30,986 nucleotides of DNA from Candidatus Hydrogenedentota bacterium (GCA_045863335.1 BTVY01000029.1:1-30986); one strand, 5' to 3'. Shown: positions 16,752 through 26,403, counted from the first letter of the stretch. The notes: a model not told the origin generated them from the sequence alone. Numbers and translations: made by a program.

Positions 16752-17540
16752 ATGCCACGCGCGCTTACCATCGCGGGGAGCGATTCCGGCGGAGGCGCGG
16801 GTATTCAGGCCGACCTGAAGACCTTCGCCGCTTTCGGCGTCTATGGCATGTCGGCCATCACCTCCGTTACGGCCCAAAACACCTGCACGGTCGCGGGAGT
16901 CCACGACTTACCGGCTGACTTCGTCGCACAACAGATCGACCTCGTCGCTCAAGACATCGGCGTGGACGCCGCCAAGACGGGCATGTTGTCCAGCGCCGCC
17001 ATCGTGCGCGCGGTCGCCGGCGCCATCAGGCGCAACGGCATAGAACGCCTCGTCGTCGATCCCGTCATGGTGTCCAAGAGCGGGGATCCTCTGCTGCGAG
17101 AGGACGCCCGCCTCGCCGTGGTCGAATCGATCCTTCCCCTTGCCTACATTGTCACTCCGAACCTTCCCGAAGCCGAAGCGCTTACCGGAGTACCTGTGAG
17201 CACCTGCGAGCAGATGGCCGACGCGGCGAAGCGGTTGCACGAAATGGGGGCCCGATACGTGCTCGTTAAGGGAGGTCATCTCGCTGGGGATGATGCGTTA
17301 GACATTCTGTTCGACGGGACCACGCTGACTGAGCTTTCGTCCCCGCGTATTGACACCAGGAACACGCACGGTACGGGCTGCACCTATTCCGCCGCCATTG
17401 CCGCGTGTCTGGCCCTGGGGTTGGATGCCGCCGCTGCGGTGGCCCGCGCGAAAGACTACGTCACCGGTGCGATTCGGCATGCGTTGTCGCTCGGTCAAGG
17501 TCACGGTCCCCTCGACCACGGCTGGCAAACGCGGCGGTAG
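16752..17540 (+). CDS. thiD: Hydroxymethylpyrimidine/phosphomethylpyrimidine kinase
   Basis: ALTIAGSDSGGGAGIQADLKTF, VVDPVM, TPNLPEAE, VKGGHL, NTHGTGCTYSAAI. Alternative ATG at 16737 overlaps the nupC stop. Confidence 0.95.
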   Translation: MPRALTIAGSDSGGGAGIQADLKTFAAFGVYGMSAITSVTAQNTCTVAGVHDLPADFVAQQIDLVAQDIGVDAAKTGMLSSAAIVRAVAGAIRRNGIERLVVDPVMVSKSGDPLLREDARLAVVESILPLAYIVTPNLPEAEALTGVPVSTCEQMADAAKRLHEMGARYVLVKGGHLAGDDALDILFDGTTLTELSSPRIDTRNTHGTGCTYSAAIAACLALGLDAAAAVARAKDYVTGAIRHALSLGQGHGPLDHGWQTRR

Positions 17541-17543
17541 GCG

Positions 17544-18209
17544 TTACGGTCCGGTACGCTCGGTGTGAACCCATTTAATCGCGCTCTGGACCAGCTCCGT
17601 GGCGTTCTTGAGACCGAGTTTCTCCTTGATGTGTTCCCGGTAGGTCTCGACCGTCTTCACGCTCAGGTTCAATTTTGCCGCCACTTCGCGTGTCTTCAAC
17701 CCTTGGCCGACCAGCGTATAGACTTCCAGCTCGCGATCGCTCAACCGGGCGATTGACGGTACCTCCGCAGGACTCCGGCTGCCGACCAACCGTTGCATGA
17801 GCCGGGACGACATCTCAGGACTCAAATACACGTCGCCGCGGAGGACCTGCCGAATGGCCTCGATGACTTTGGTAGGGGCTTCCCGCTTCATGATGTACCC
17901 CTGCGCGCCGGCCCGCAGCGCGCGTTCCGCGTACAACGTCTCGTCGTGCATCGACAACACCAGGATGGGCGTTGTCACGGAACGAGCGCGGAGATCCTTA
18001 ATCAAACTCAACCCATTGAGATCCTCGAGGGACAGATCGATGACGAAAATATCCGGATTCAACTGCACGGCACATTGCAGTGCCTGTCGTGCCGATTCCG
18101 CCACTCCGCATACGCTGAGACCATGCTCGCGGTTGATCAACTCGGTCAATCCTTCACGGACAATGGGATGATCGTCCACGATCAGTACGGATGCGGTGGT
18201 TCCGTTCAC
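17544..18209 (-). CDS. NarL/FixJ-family response regulator (REC plus LuxR HTH)
   Basis: VLIVDDHPIVREG, DLSL, GAQGYIMK, LSDRELEV...LSVKTVETYR. GTG start overlaps the kinase stop (GTGA). Confidence 0.93.
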   Translation of the reverse strand: MNGTTASVLIVDDHPIVREGLTELINREHGLSVCGVAESARQALQCAVQLNPDIFVIDLSLEDLNGLSLIKDLRARSVTTPILVLSMHDETLYAERALRAGAQGYIMKREAPTKVIEAIRQVLRGDVYLSPEMSSRLMQRLVGSRSPAEVPSIARLSDRELEVYTLVGQGLKTREVAAKLNLSVKTVETYREHIKEKLGLKNATELVQSAIKWVHTERTGP

Positions 18210-20503
18210 CCGAGTTCTCCACGTTGGGGTTGGGAATGCGCCGTTCCAGTAGGCGCCGTTAATCGCACATTGCACAACACCATCGTTCCGCCTCCGGGCC
18301 GGGGCCGCAATTCAAGCTTGCCGTCTATGACACTTGCCCGATAGGCCATGATGTTCATACCCAACCCGCCATTCGGCTGCTCGCTCGGGTCCAGGCCAAT
18401 CCCATCGTCCTCCACGGATAGGGACAGCGATCCATCGTCCGACGTGAGCCGGATTTCGATCGAGCCCGGCGTGCCATGCTTCGCAGCATTATTGACCGCT
18501 TCCTGGGCGATCCGGTACAGGTGCGTCGCCATGGAATTGTCTTCGACGAGGACCGGCTCTTCACACAAGAACTCGGCATGAACGCCGTAAAGGTCCCTCG
18601 CTTGCAGCGCCAACTCCTCCAGCGCGGTCATCAGGCCGTCGGCCCCGACCTCCACCGGTTGCAGCCCTTTGGACAAACTGCGTGTCAAGGCAATGGATTC
18701 CGAAACGAGCCCAACCAATCGTTCGGCCGCTTCAGCCTCGCCCACTCCGCGCTCTCCGAGCCGATCCGCCAAGGATTGCGCCTTGAATCCCAGCCCCGTC
18801 AGCAGCTGCCCCAAGCGGTCGTGCAGGTCCTGACCGATGCGGATCTGCTCGCGGGCGCTGATTTCCAGAACCTGCTTCTCAAGAAGCTTACGTTCGGTTA
18901 CGTCCATGCCGACCGCCCAATAGGCCCAGCCGGATATCGGAAACAGTCCCGAGATGCTCGCCCACGATATGGTGCGCAGTGTGCCGTCTTTGCACGTGAG
19001 TTGAATTTCCCAGTCGCGGAAATCAGATCCCAGCCGGTCAAACTCTTCGAACATGCGCTCTCGATTCGCCGCATCGGGGTAGAGCATTTCTATAGCACGC
19101 GGATTCCCGACAATCTCTTCGGAACGGTAGCCGGTTACCCGTTCGCATTCCCGATTCCAGACGATGATGGTGCCCTCCGCATCGAAGGCGTCCATCATGA
19201 CCGGCATGTTTTCGAGAAGGCTCCTCAAGCGTTCCTCGCTCTCGCGCAGTGCGCTTTCGGTGCGTTTGCGATCGGTCGTATCTACTGCCGCGAGAAGATA
19301 AGACGGTTTCCCGTCGAATTCGATCATGCGGGACTGCAACTCAGCCCAGCGTTCCTCTCCGTGTTTGTTAAAGAAGCGCACCTCGTGGGACTTCTCCGCG
19401 CCCGTCTGCGCCAATGCATCCAAATGTTCGCGAACGGTATCCGTGTCGCCAGGATGAAGAAAGGAAAATACGTCCCGGAGCAAGACCTCTTCCCGCGTAT
19501 ACCCTGAGATGGATTCCGCTGCCTGGTTCGCATACACGAAACGCGAATCCGCGTGAATCCCGATCGCAATGGGGAGCAAATCCGCAATCTCGCGAAATCG
19601 GCCTTCCACGCGAGACAATGCCGCATCGTTTCGTTTACGTTCGAGCGCATTGGCAATGAGTTGCGCAAGCGCTTCCAGCATTCGGATGTCCTCTTCCATC
19701 CAGGTACGCTCGGCGCGCTGCGTTGCCAGTCCCAGAATGCCCAGCAGACGACGATTCACTGCCAGCGGCACCGCCAACACGGATCGGATCCCCGTAGTCT
19801 GATAGATGGCGCGTTCTTCCTTGGCCGAATCGGGAAGATCTTCGATCCGGGGAATGTAGACGTATTTCATGCGCAGATACATTTCGTGGGTCCACGGAAA
19901 CGCCGCCAAATCCACACGGGAAAATAAGGTCAGGTGAGACTCGATCCCCGCGGCGCACCATTCGTGCGTAAACGTTGCGATGGACCCCTCCTCATCAAAC
20001 TGGAAGAGGTAGCACCGGTCGACGTTTGTGAAGATCCCGATCATGGTCACGGCCTCTGCGATCACCTCGCTCAAGTCGATCGATGAGGTATGGACCAGTC
20101 GTGACGATAGCTCCGTGAGCAGGGTCTCGAACTGGACCCGGTAGGCGAGCGCGCACTCCACGTCGCGGAGCCTCATGCGGCTGGCCAAGAGTTCCGAACA
20201 CAGTTGCACCGCCGTTGCGAACGCGGTTGGATCCCCCGCCGGCACGTTGCATATGCGCGGGTCCGGGCAAGCATCGCCGTTGGACTCGGCCGGGTCGACG
20301 ATTCGCACAAGAGCCGCGTTGTTCGAATACGAGTCCGGATAGCCGGAGTCCGCCGCAAACTCCAGGATGACACCGCCACGCAGGCGCAACGGAGACGCCT
20401 CGTCCGGGTGTTCCAACAGTCCCGTCCCACTGAGGACTTCACGCGCCCAAGCCGCTGCCGGCGCGTGTCCGGAAATGACAACTATTTTTGGCGGTTCAAC
20501 CAT
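18206..20503 (-). CDS. Cytoplasmic GAF-PAS-PAS histidine kinase (HisKA_3/NarX-UhpB type)
   Basis: GAF (THEWCAAGI, SVLAVPL), two PAS/PAC domains, H-box IGQDLHDRLGQLL, YRIAQEAVNNAAKH, VEDDGIG, GLGMNIM. No TM segments. Confidence 0.92.
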   Translation of the reverse strand: MVEPPKIVVISGHAPAAAWAREVLSGTGLLEHPDEASPLRLRGGVILEFAADSGYPDSYSNNAALVRIVDPAESNGDACPDPRICNVPAGDPTAFATAVQLCSELLASRMRLRDVECALAYRVQFETLLTELSSRLVHTSSIDLSEVIAEAVTMIGIFTNVDRCYLFQFDEEGSIATFTHEWCAAGIESHLTLFSRVDLAAFPWTHEMYLRMKYVYIPRIEDLPDSAKEERAIYQTTGIRSVLAVPLAVNRRLLGILGLATQRAERTWMEEDIRMLEALAQLIANALERKRNDAALSRVEGRFREIADLLPIAIGIHADSRFVYANQAAESISGYTREEVLLRDVFSFLHPGDTDTVREHLDALAQTGAEKSHEVRFFNKHGEERWAELQSRMIEFDGKPSYLLAAVDTTDRKRTESALRESEERLRSLLENMPVMMDAFDAEGTIIVWNRECERVTGYRSEEIVGNPRAIEMLYPDAANRERMFEEFDRLGSDFRDWEIQLTCKDGTLRTISWASISGLFPISGWAYWAVGMDVTERKLLEKQVLEISAREQIRIGQDLHDRLGQLLTGLGFKAQSLADRLGERGVGEAEAAERLVGLVSESIALTRSLSKGLQPVEVGADGLMTALEELALQARDLYGVHAEFLCEEPVLVEDNSMATHLYRIAQEAVNNAAKHGTPGSIEIRLTSDDGSLSLSVEDDGIGLDPSEQPNGGLGMNIMAYRASVIDGKLELRPRPGGGTMVLCNVRLTAPTGTAHSQPQRGELG

Positions 20504-20634
20504 GAAAGTCTCGTTCTCGGGGATACCGTTGGCGTTTATGCAATCCCATTGGGCAATGTGTACGCCGATACTCTACAATGCCGTTCGCCCCGGCGCGGCG
20601 AAATCAAACAATCCACCGGAAAAACATACGGCAC

Positions 20635-21450
20635 ATGTTCGAGGTATACCGATTTCCACCATATTATCTCACGTTCTGGCACATCGGCGCGAGATTGGGT
20701 GTGGGTCCCGTTCGCCGGTTTCTCCGGCGTATGATTCGCTCCGGACACTGCCGGCTGCTCGATGTAGGTTCCGGCGCCGGGTCCAATTCCCTTCTCGCGG
20801 CGCTGGCCGGAATGTCGGCCGTCAGTTGCGATCGCTCCCCCGCCAGCCTCAACGAAACGCGCCGCATAGCGAGCGCTCTCAATACGATTTCCAGCAATCG
20901 CATGACCCTTGGCGACTCCTGCCGATTGCCGTTCCGAAACGGAGCGTTTGACGTCGTCATCGCTTCGCACATCATCGAGCATCTGGACGACCCCTCCGCC
21001 ATGCTGCGTGAGATCGATCGGGTGCTGCGTCCGGGAGGCGTGCTGCGGCTCTCCTGTCCCACAACCACGCACGGCATGCGGGTGTGCCGCTGGCTTGGTC
21101 TACACGTGGACCCCGACGATCACAAGGTCGACGGATACGATGTCGACGCGCTTGCGGCCCTCCTCCCGCCAGGCATGCGTGTGAAGAGGGTCACCTACCA
21201 GGGCCGGTTCTTCGAAAGTAATCTTGCGGACGCCCAACACCTCCTGTCACGGCGGCTGGGTCTGCGGGCGAACCCCGTGGAGGATCGCATGAGCCCTGCT
21301 GTCCATCGGCCACCCGCAAGTTCTCTTCGGCTCATGTGGATACTCAAGGAACTCGTACTCCTTCCGGCCATCGCGCTGTGTTGTCTGGAGGACGTGATAT
21401 GCTTTTCCCTTCGAGGTAGCATGATTTCGGTGGAGGTGGAGAAAGCATGA
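20635..21450 (+). CDS. Class I SAM-dependent methyltransferase
   Basis: LLDVGSGAG, LPFRNGAFDVV, HIIEHL, RVLRPGG. Start may be ATG 20578. Confidence 0.85.
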   Translation: MFEVYRFPPYYLTFWHIGARLGVGPVRRFLRRMIRSGHCRLLDVGSGAGSNSLLAALAGMSAVSCDRSPASLNETRRIASALNTISSNRMTLGDSCRLPFRNGAFDVVIASHIIEHLDDPSAMLREIDRVLRPGGVLRLSCPTTTHGMRVCRWLGLHVDPDDHKVDGYDVDALAALLPPGMRVKRVTYQGRFFESNLADAQHLLSRRLGLRANPVEDRMSPAVHRPPASSLRLMWILKELVLLPAIALCCLEDVICFSLRGSMISVEVEKA

Positions 21451-21538
21451 GCCACGAACGCCAGACCCCAGGGGGAACGGTTTTCGCCTTCCAGGAGTGG
21501 GTATTCCGTTGCTGAAGCCGAGTTCGCCGTACAGTCAG

Positions 21539-23077
21539 ATGGATTCCCATGGCACGGATGGCGCCAAGCCCACTTGGGAACGCGTCGCGGTAGCGCTCGC
21601 CGCGCTGGCCGCCCTGCTGTTGGGCTTCTCGAACCTGGCCGCACCCAGCTTGTGGCACGATGAACTCATCCACGTCTTCGTCGCGAAGGGGATCCCGGAG
21701 CACGGCCTTCCATTGCTCCTGGGCGGCACCGTGTTCACCGAGGGCACCCTTTACAATTATCTGCTTGCCCTGCAGATTCTCCTGTTCGGGGACGGCGAGT
21801 TCTCCGTTCGCGCGCCATCGGTCGTTTTCAACGCGGTGAACGTTCTGTTGACCTACGTCATCCTTCGACGGCTTCTAGGCGGGCCAACCGCAGTCGTCGC
21901 GGCCGTCGGCCTCGCCCTGTCGCCCTGGAGCATCGCATGGGCGCGCCAGGCACGGTTCTACTCCCTGCAACAGACGTTCTATCTGGCCATGATGTACGCA
22001 CTGTGGCAGACCTGCGAAGCGCGTGGCGGAAAAGCATCGATCCGCTGGGGCGCAACCACGGTTCTAGCCTATCTCGGCGGGCTGCTGTCCGGACCACACT
22101 CGGTCTTTTTCCTCGGCCCGGCTGGGGCCTACGTGGGTCTCCGGTTTCTGTATGAACGAAAGCTGAAATCCCGCTGGACTGCGATGATCGCCGTCGTAGT
22201 GATCGCGGGCGTGCTTACGTTAGCCGGGCACTTTCTCACGTTGCCGAAGGCAGAATTTGACGCCATCTTCAAAGAAGCGCAGATTGGCCAGCCACCGCCG
22301 AACCCGCGCGATTGGGATCAGGCGGATCCCCTCTACTACTTCCGATTCTTCACGAACAACCTCAGCACCGGATACTTCATTCTGGCAGGTATCGGCGTCG
22401 CGTGGATGACCTGGCGCGAAGGACGGCTCGGTCTATACGTCGCGCTGGCCATCCTCGTGCCGCTGCTTGTGCTGAACTTTCTCATTGGTTACCGGCGGCA
22501 CCGTTTCGTGTTCTTTGCATACCCCTTCTATGTCGCCGCCTTCGCCTATGCAATGGTGCGGCTGGCCGCGTTCCTCGCGACCTGGCGGCGCTCCTGGATT
22601 CGCATGGCGGCTGCGGCCGTGATACTCGTCTTCGCCCTGCGCCTGTCGGTATCGACGGTCCGCCTGGTGCGCGACACCTTGGGTGTGGCGGGAGGTGCGG
22701 ATGAGACCTTGGCCGTGGTCCACCCCGAATGGCGCAAACCCAGCCACTACGTGCGCGATCACCTCGACGGCGCGGCGGTGCTTTGCACGACGTACATCAC
22801 GGCCAAGTACTACGTGGGGCAAGTTGACAACTGGTACCCCAGCCGGGTCGTCGTCTGGGAGCATATCGAGTCGGGAATGGAAGGCCTCCAGACCCTCGAC
22901 GACTTACAGGCCTACGTACGCGAACATCCCAAGGGCTATTTCATCGCCGAATACCGCCGCTTTCACCATTGGCCCCACCTCTTCGCGGAAGACGTCGCCT
23001 GGGTCGAGGCCAATATGAAGCTGATCGACGAAGCCTGCGGCGACGATGTCTTCGTCTACGCGTGGGGAATGAATTAG
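21539..23077 (+). CDS. GT-C fold membrane glycosyltransferase (PMT_2/ArnT/GT39-like)
   Basis: SLWHDE motif after TM1, RAPSV, ARQARFY, about 11-12 TM helices and a periplasmic C-terminal domain. Confidence 0.85.
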   Translation: MDSHGTDGAKPTWERVAVALAALAALLLGFSNLAAPSLWHDELIHVFVAKGIPEHGLPLLLGGTVFTEGTLYNYLLALQILLFGDGEFSVRAPSVVFNAVNVLLTYVILRRLLGGPTAVVAAVGLALSPWSIAWARQARFYSLQQTFYLAMMYALWQTCEARGGKASIRWGATTVLAYLGGLLSGPHSVFFLGPAGAYVGLRFLYERKLKSRWTAMIAVVVIAGVLTLAGHFLTLPKAEFDAIFKEAQIGQPPPNPRDWDQADPLYYFRFFTNNLSTGYFILAGIGVAWMTWREGRLGLYVALAILVPLLVLNFLIGYRRHRFVFFAYPFYVAAFAYAMVRLAAFLATWRRSWIRMAAAAVILVFALRLSVSTVRLVRDTLGVAGGADETLAVVHPEWRKPSHYVRDHLDGAAVLCTTYITAKYYVGQVDNWYPSRVVVWEHIESGMEGLQTLDDLQAYVREHPKGYFIAEYRRFHHWPHLFAEDVAWVEANMKLIDEACGDDVFVYAWGMN

Positions 23078-23156
23078 CATGGCGCGGCGCACAAGCCCTC
23101 GTTTACAATTGTGTAACCCTAACTTTTCTTGACCAGGCAACGGACATAGACGCACC

Positions 23157-23852
23157 TTGGACTACGCGAAGAACTACGAACGATGCTGCCTTGAATCGAC
23201 CAACGCCCTCCAGCGCTGGTTCATGCAGGTCATGACGCGCAAGGCCCAGGCCATCGGGCAGAAGGGTCATAAGATTTGGTCGCTCAAGTACGCCATCGAC
23301 GAGTACTTCCAAGGCGATACCGACCTGCGCGTGCTTGATTGCGGCGCCTGGAACGGCTGGTTTCTCAGTTACGTTTCTCCGCAGATCAGCCAGCGCATCG
23401 CGCTCGATTTCGACGCCCACTTCGGGCCGCAACTCCTCTCCGAAGGCATCGGCTTCGTTCTAGCCGACATGGAGAAGGGCAACTTTCCCCTCGCCGCTGA
23501 TTCTATCGATCTTCTCGCAATGACCAGTACCCTCGAACATCTTGGCTGTCCCGAGAAGATTGCGACTGAGATTCACCGCGTGCTCAAACCCGGAGGCGTG
23601 GTCTTCATCACCGTGCCCGACATCATGAAATACAAGTTCCGGTTCTGGAACGACATTACTCACAAGCGTCCGTTCACGCGCGACGCGTTGGCCTTCCTAT
23701 TTGAGACGCACGGGTTCGACACGCTCGAACTCTGCTCCTACAACCACAACCTCTTCGTCGCCGGCAATCTGTTTCCACGGCCCGTTCACCGCTTCCTCAT
23801 GCGGTTCCGCGGCGACGCCCTGCTTTACATCGGAAGGAAACCCGCACCGTGA
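23157..23852 (+). CDS. Class I SAM-dependent methyltransferase
   Basis: VLDCGAWNG, STLEHL, RVLKPGG, DITHKRPF. TTG start. Confidence 0.85.
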   Translation: MDYAKNYERCCLESTNALQRWFMQVMTRKAQAIGQKGHKIWSLKYAIDEYFQGDTDLRVLDCGAWNGWFLSYVSPQISQRIALDFDAHFGPQLLSEGIGFVLADMEKGNFPLAADSIDLLAMTSTLEHLGCPEKIATEIHRVLKPGGVVFITVPDIMKYKFRFWNDITHKRPFTRDALAFLFETHGFDTLELCSYNHNLFVAGNLFPRPVHRFLMRFRGDALLYIGRKPAP

Positions 23853-24532
23853 AGCGGGCTCAGTCCGCGCTGTTCGACCGGCTCGCGGCCGGTAACCGGC
23901 TCTACACCTATCCGCAGGAATCCCTCGACAAGCTAAACGCACTTGTGCCCGTCAAAGGCCGCACCTTGGACGTAGGCTGCGGCGACGGAACCATCCCCGA
24001 GTGCTTCGATGCGGATTTCACCGCCGGATTCGACGTGTCCTTCCGCTGCGCCCAATTGGCTCGAAGCCGGGGAATTCGTGCCGCGGTGGCCGATGCCGCA
24101 AATGGCCTGCCTTACGCGGACGAGGCCTTCGATACTATCTACTGCGTCGATGTGCTGCATCACCTGGAACAACGCTGGGAGCCCGTGTTCGCGGAGTTAC
24201 ACCGGGTCCTGCGCTCCGGCGGGACCCTTGCCATCGTCGAACCCGATGCCCGCAATCCCTTCGTCCGATGGACGCAGGCGCCGGGTTCGCCCATTCGCGT
24301 CGCGCCCTACGACAACGAGCCGGCAATAGACCCTTTGGAACTTACGCCGTACCTGGACAGTCGTGGATACGAGTTGACCCTTCGGCCTATCCACATTGAA
24401 GGCGAACAGGTGGAGCGCAGCGTCTTTCCCTTGTGGCAGCGGCTGGCCAAAGCGCCCTTCACGCTTGCGCTGGCTTTCCAATATCGGAACGTGCCCAACA
24501 AGTTTGTTATCCTTGCCCGTAAACAGGACTGA
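23849..24532 (+). CDS. Class I SAM-dependent methyltransferase
   Basis: TLDVGCGDG, LPYADEAFD, DVLHHL, RVLRSGG. GTGA overlap with the upstream gene. Confidence 0.85.
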   Translation: MKRAQSALFDRLAAGNRLYTYPQESLDKLNALVPVKGRTLDVGCGDGTIPECFDADFTAGFDVSFRCAQLARSRGIRAAVADAANGLPYADEAFDTIYCVDVLHHLEQRWEPVFAELHRVLRSGGTLAIVEPDARNPFVRWTQAPGSPIRVAPYDNEPAIDPLELTPYLDSRGYELTLRPIHIEGEQVERSVFPLWQRLAKAPFTLALAFQYRNVPNKFVILARKQD

Positions 24533-24538
24533 CGGGCC

Positions 24539-25249
24539 ATGGCAGGGAGTTTTCAGGACAAAGTGATCGTGATAACCGGCGCCACGGGCACGGTAGGGCA
24601 GGGCCTTGTCCGCCACTTTGCATCCCACGGCGCGCGGCTCGTGTTGACCGCGCGCGACCGGGACCGGCTGGATGCGCTTGCGAAGACACTGCCCCCCGGC
24701 CAAGTCCACGCGAAGACCGCCGATTTGTCCGATCCGGATTCGCTCCGAGCTCTTGAATCTTTCCTAAGAGACGCGGTTCCCCAGGTGGATGTACTTATCA
24801 ACAACGCCGCCGACGTCACCTCCAAGCCGCTCATGGACACCAGCCTGGAGGAAATCGATGACCAGATCCGGACCAACATCACGGGGAGCCTTCAGCTTTG
24901 CCGGTTGCTGGTTCCTTTGATGCAAGACGGGATGAAGCGCATCGTCAATATTTCTTCCCTGGCGGGGTACAAGCCAAATCCGGCGCAAACCGTGTATAGT
25001 ATTTCCAAATCGGGGATTAACGCGATTTCGGCCGCCCTGCAGGCCGAACTCCGCTCCGAGGGGTTTCACGTCCTGAACGTGGCCCTCATGGGAATCGGCG
25101 ACGGGCCGCGTCAGGTGCCTGTATCGGAATTCGCAGCCCGGTTGGAACGCGCCATTGAGCGCCGGCAACATGAACTATTCTTGTACCGCCGCACAATGTG
25201 GTTGATGCGTTTGTACGGGTTGATCCCCGCGTTGGCGCGATTGCGGTGA
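24539..25249 (+). CDS. Short-chain dehydrogenase/reductase (SDR)
   Basis: VITGATGTVG, LINNAA, VNISS, catalytic YSISK. Confidence 0.9.
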   Translation: MAGSFQDKVIVITGATGTVGQGLVRHFASHGARLVLTARDRDRLDALAKTLPPGQVHAKTADLSDPDSLRALESFLRDAVPQVDVLINNAADVTSKPLMDTSLEEIDDQIRTNITGSLQLCRLLVPLMQDGMKRIVNISSLAGYKPNPAQTVYSISKSGINAISAALQAELRSEGFHVLNVALMGIGDGPRQVPVSEFAARLERAIERRQHELFLYRRTMWLMRLYGLIPALARLR

Positions 25250-25272
25250 GCAAAGGAAAGGACGAGCATTTC

Positions 25273-26301
25273 ATGCATTCCAGTGAGAAGGTCGGGGTCC
25301 TGATCATCAATACCGGAACCACGGCGGCGCCCCGGGCGGAAGAAACCCGAACCTACCTGCGCGAGTTCCTCTCGGACCCCCGCGTGCTCGACATCAATCC
25401 CGTCGTTCGTTGGCTCCTTCTGAACCTCGTCATCCTGCGAAAACGGCCCAAGGATTCCGCTCACGCGTACAGCCAGATCTGGACCGACCAAGGCTCCCCA
25501 TTATTGGTTATCACGCGCGAACTCATGGCGGGGTTGAAAGAGCGCATGCCGGAATCCGAGTTCGCGATTGGTATGCGCTACGGAAAACCCTCGATCGAAG
25601 ACGGGTTGACCGAACTCATCGAGAAGCAGGTGGACCGCATCATCCTGGCGCACCAGTTCCCCCAGTACTCGTCTGCTGCGAACGGGTCGGCGCTGGAACT
25701 CGCCTACCAGCTCGCGGGCAAGCCGTGGAACGTACCGCACCTTTCCGCGCTACCGCCGTTCTACGACGACCCTGGGTTTATCGAATCCTGGGTCGCGGTC
25801 AGCAAACCCGTTCTGGAATCCTTTCAGCCCGACCACGTCTTGATGAGTTACCACGGGCTTCCCGAGCGGCACGTCCAGAAGAGCGACACCACGGGCGGAG
25901 CCCATTGTCTGCAATCAGACGACTGCTGCGACCGGATCTGCGACGCAAACAAGTGGTGCTACCGCGCCCACTGTTTCGAGACGAGCCGGTTGCTTGCGCA
26001 ACGGCTCGGCTTGAGCGCAGACGACTACAGCATCTCATTTCAATCCCGACTCGGCCGGGATCCCTGGATTCAACCACCGACGGACGTGGTCATCCCCGAC
26101 TTGCCGAAGGATGGGATCAAGCGGCTCGCCGTCATGTGCCCGTCCTTCACTGCCGATTGCCTCGAGACGCTGGAAGAAATCGGGCTTCGCGCCAAGAGCG
26201 ATTTTCTAACGGCGGGTGGCGAGGCCTTTCAGTTCATCCCTTGCTTGAACAGTCATCCCACCTGGGTCGACGCACTCGTTCGCATGCTCCAGAGAATCTG
26301 A
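25273..26301 (+). CDS. hemH: Ferrochelatase
   Basis: GVLIINTGT, YLREFLSDPRV, GSPL, MRYGKPSI, SYHGLP, FQSRLG, FTADCLETLEEI, IPCLNSHP. Alternative GTG start at 25246. Confidence 0.95.
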   Translation: MHSSEKVGVLIINTGTTAAPRAEETRTYLREFLSDPRVLDINPVVRWLLLNLVILRKRPKDSAHAYSQIWTDQGSPLLVITRELMAGLKERMPESEFAIGMRYGKPSIEDGLTELIEKQVDRIILAHQFPQYSSAANGSALELAYQLAGKPWNVPHLSALPPFYDDPGFIESWVAVSKPVLESFQPDHVLMSYHGLPERHVQKSDTTGGAHCLQSDDCCDRICDANKWCYRAHCFETSRLLAQRLGLSADDYSISFQSRLGRDPWIQPPTDVVIPDLPKDGIKRLAVMCPSFTADCLETLEEIGLRAKSDFLTAGGEAFQFIPCLNSHPTWVDALVRMLQRI

Positions 26302-26330
26302 AATTCTCCGGGGTCTGGCCGATCTGCGCG

Positions 26331-26377
26331 ATAAAATGCGAGCGCGGACCGCAGCCTCCGTGCCGCGATCCGCGCTC
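26331..26377 (-). terminator. Intrinsic terminator of fliD-fliS
   Basis: On the - strand GAGCGCGGATCGCGGC-acggag-GCTGCGGTCCGCGCTC (16-bp stem, two G-U pairs) is followed by gcATTTTAT. Confidence 0.6.
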
Positions 26378-26403
26378 CGAAAACGTAGCGACTGTGTGAG
26401 TGG

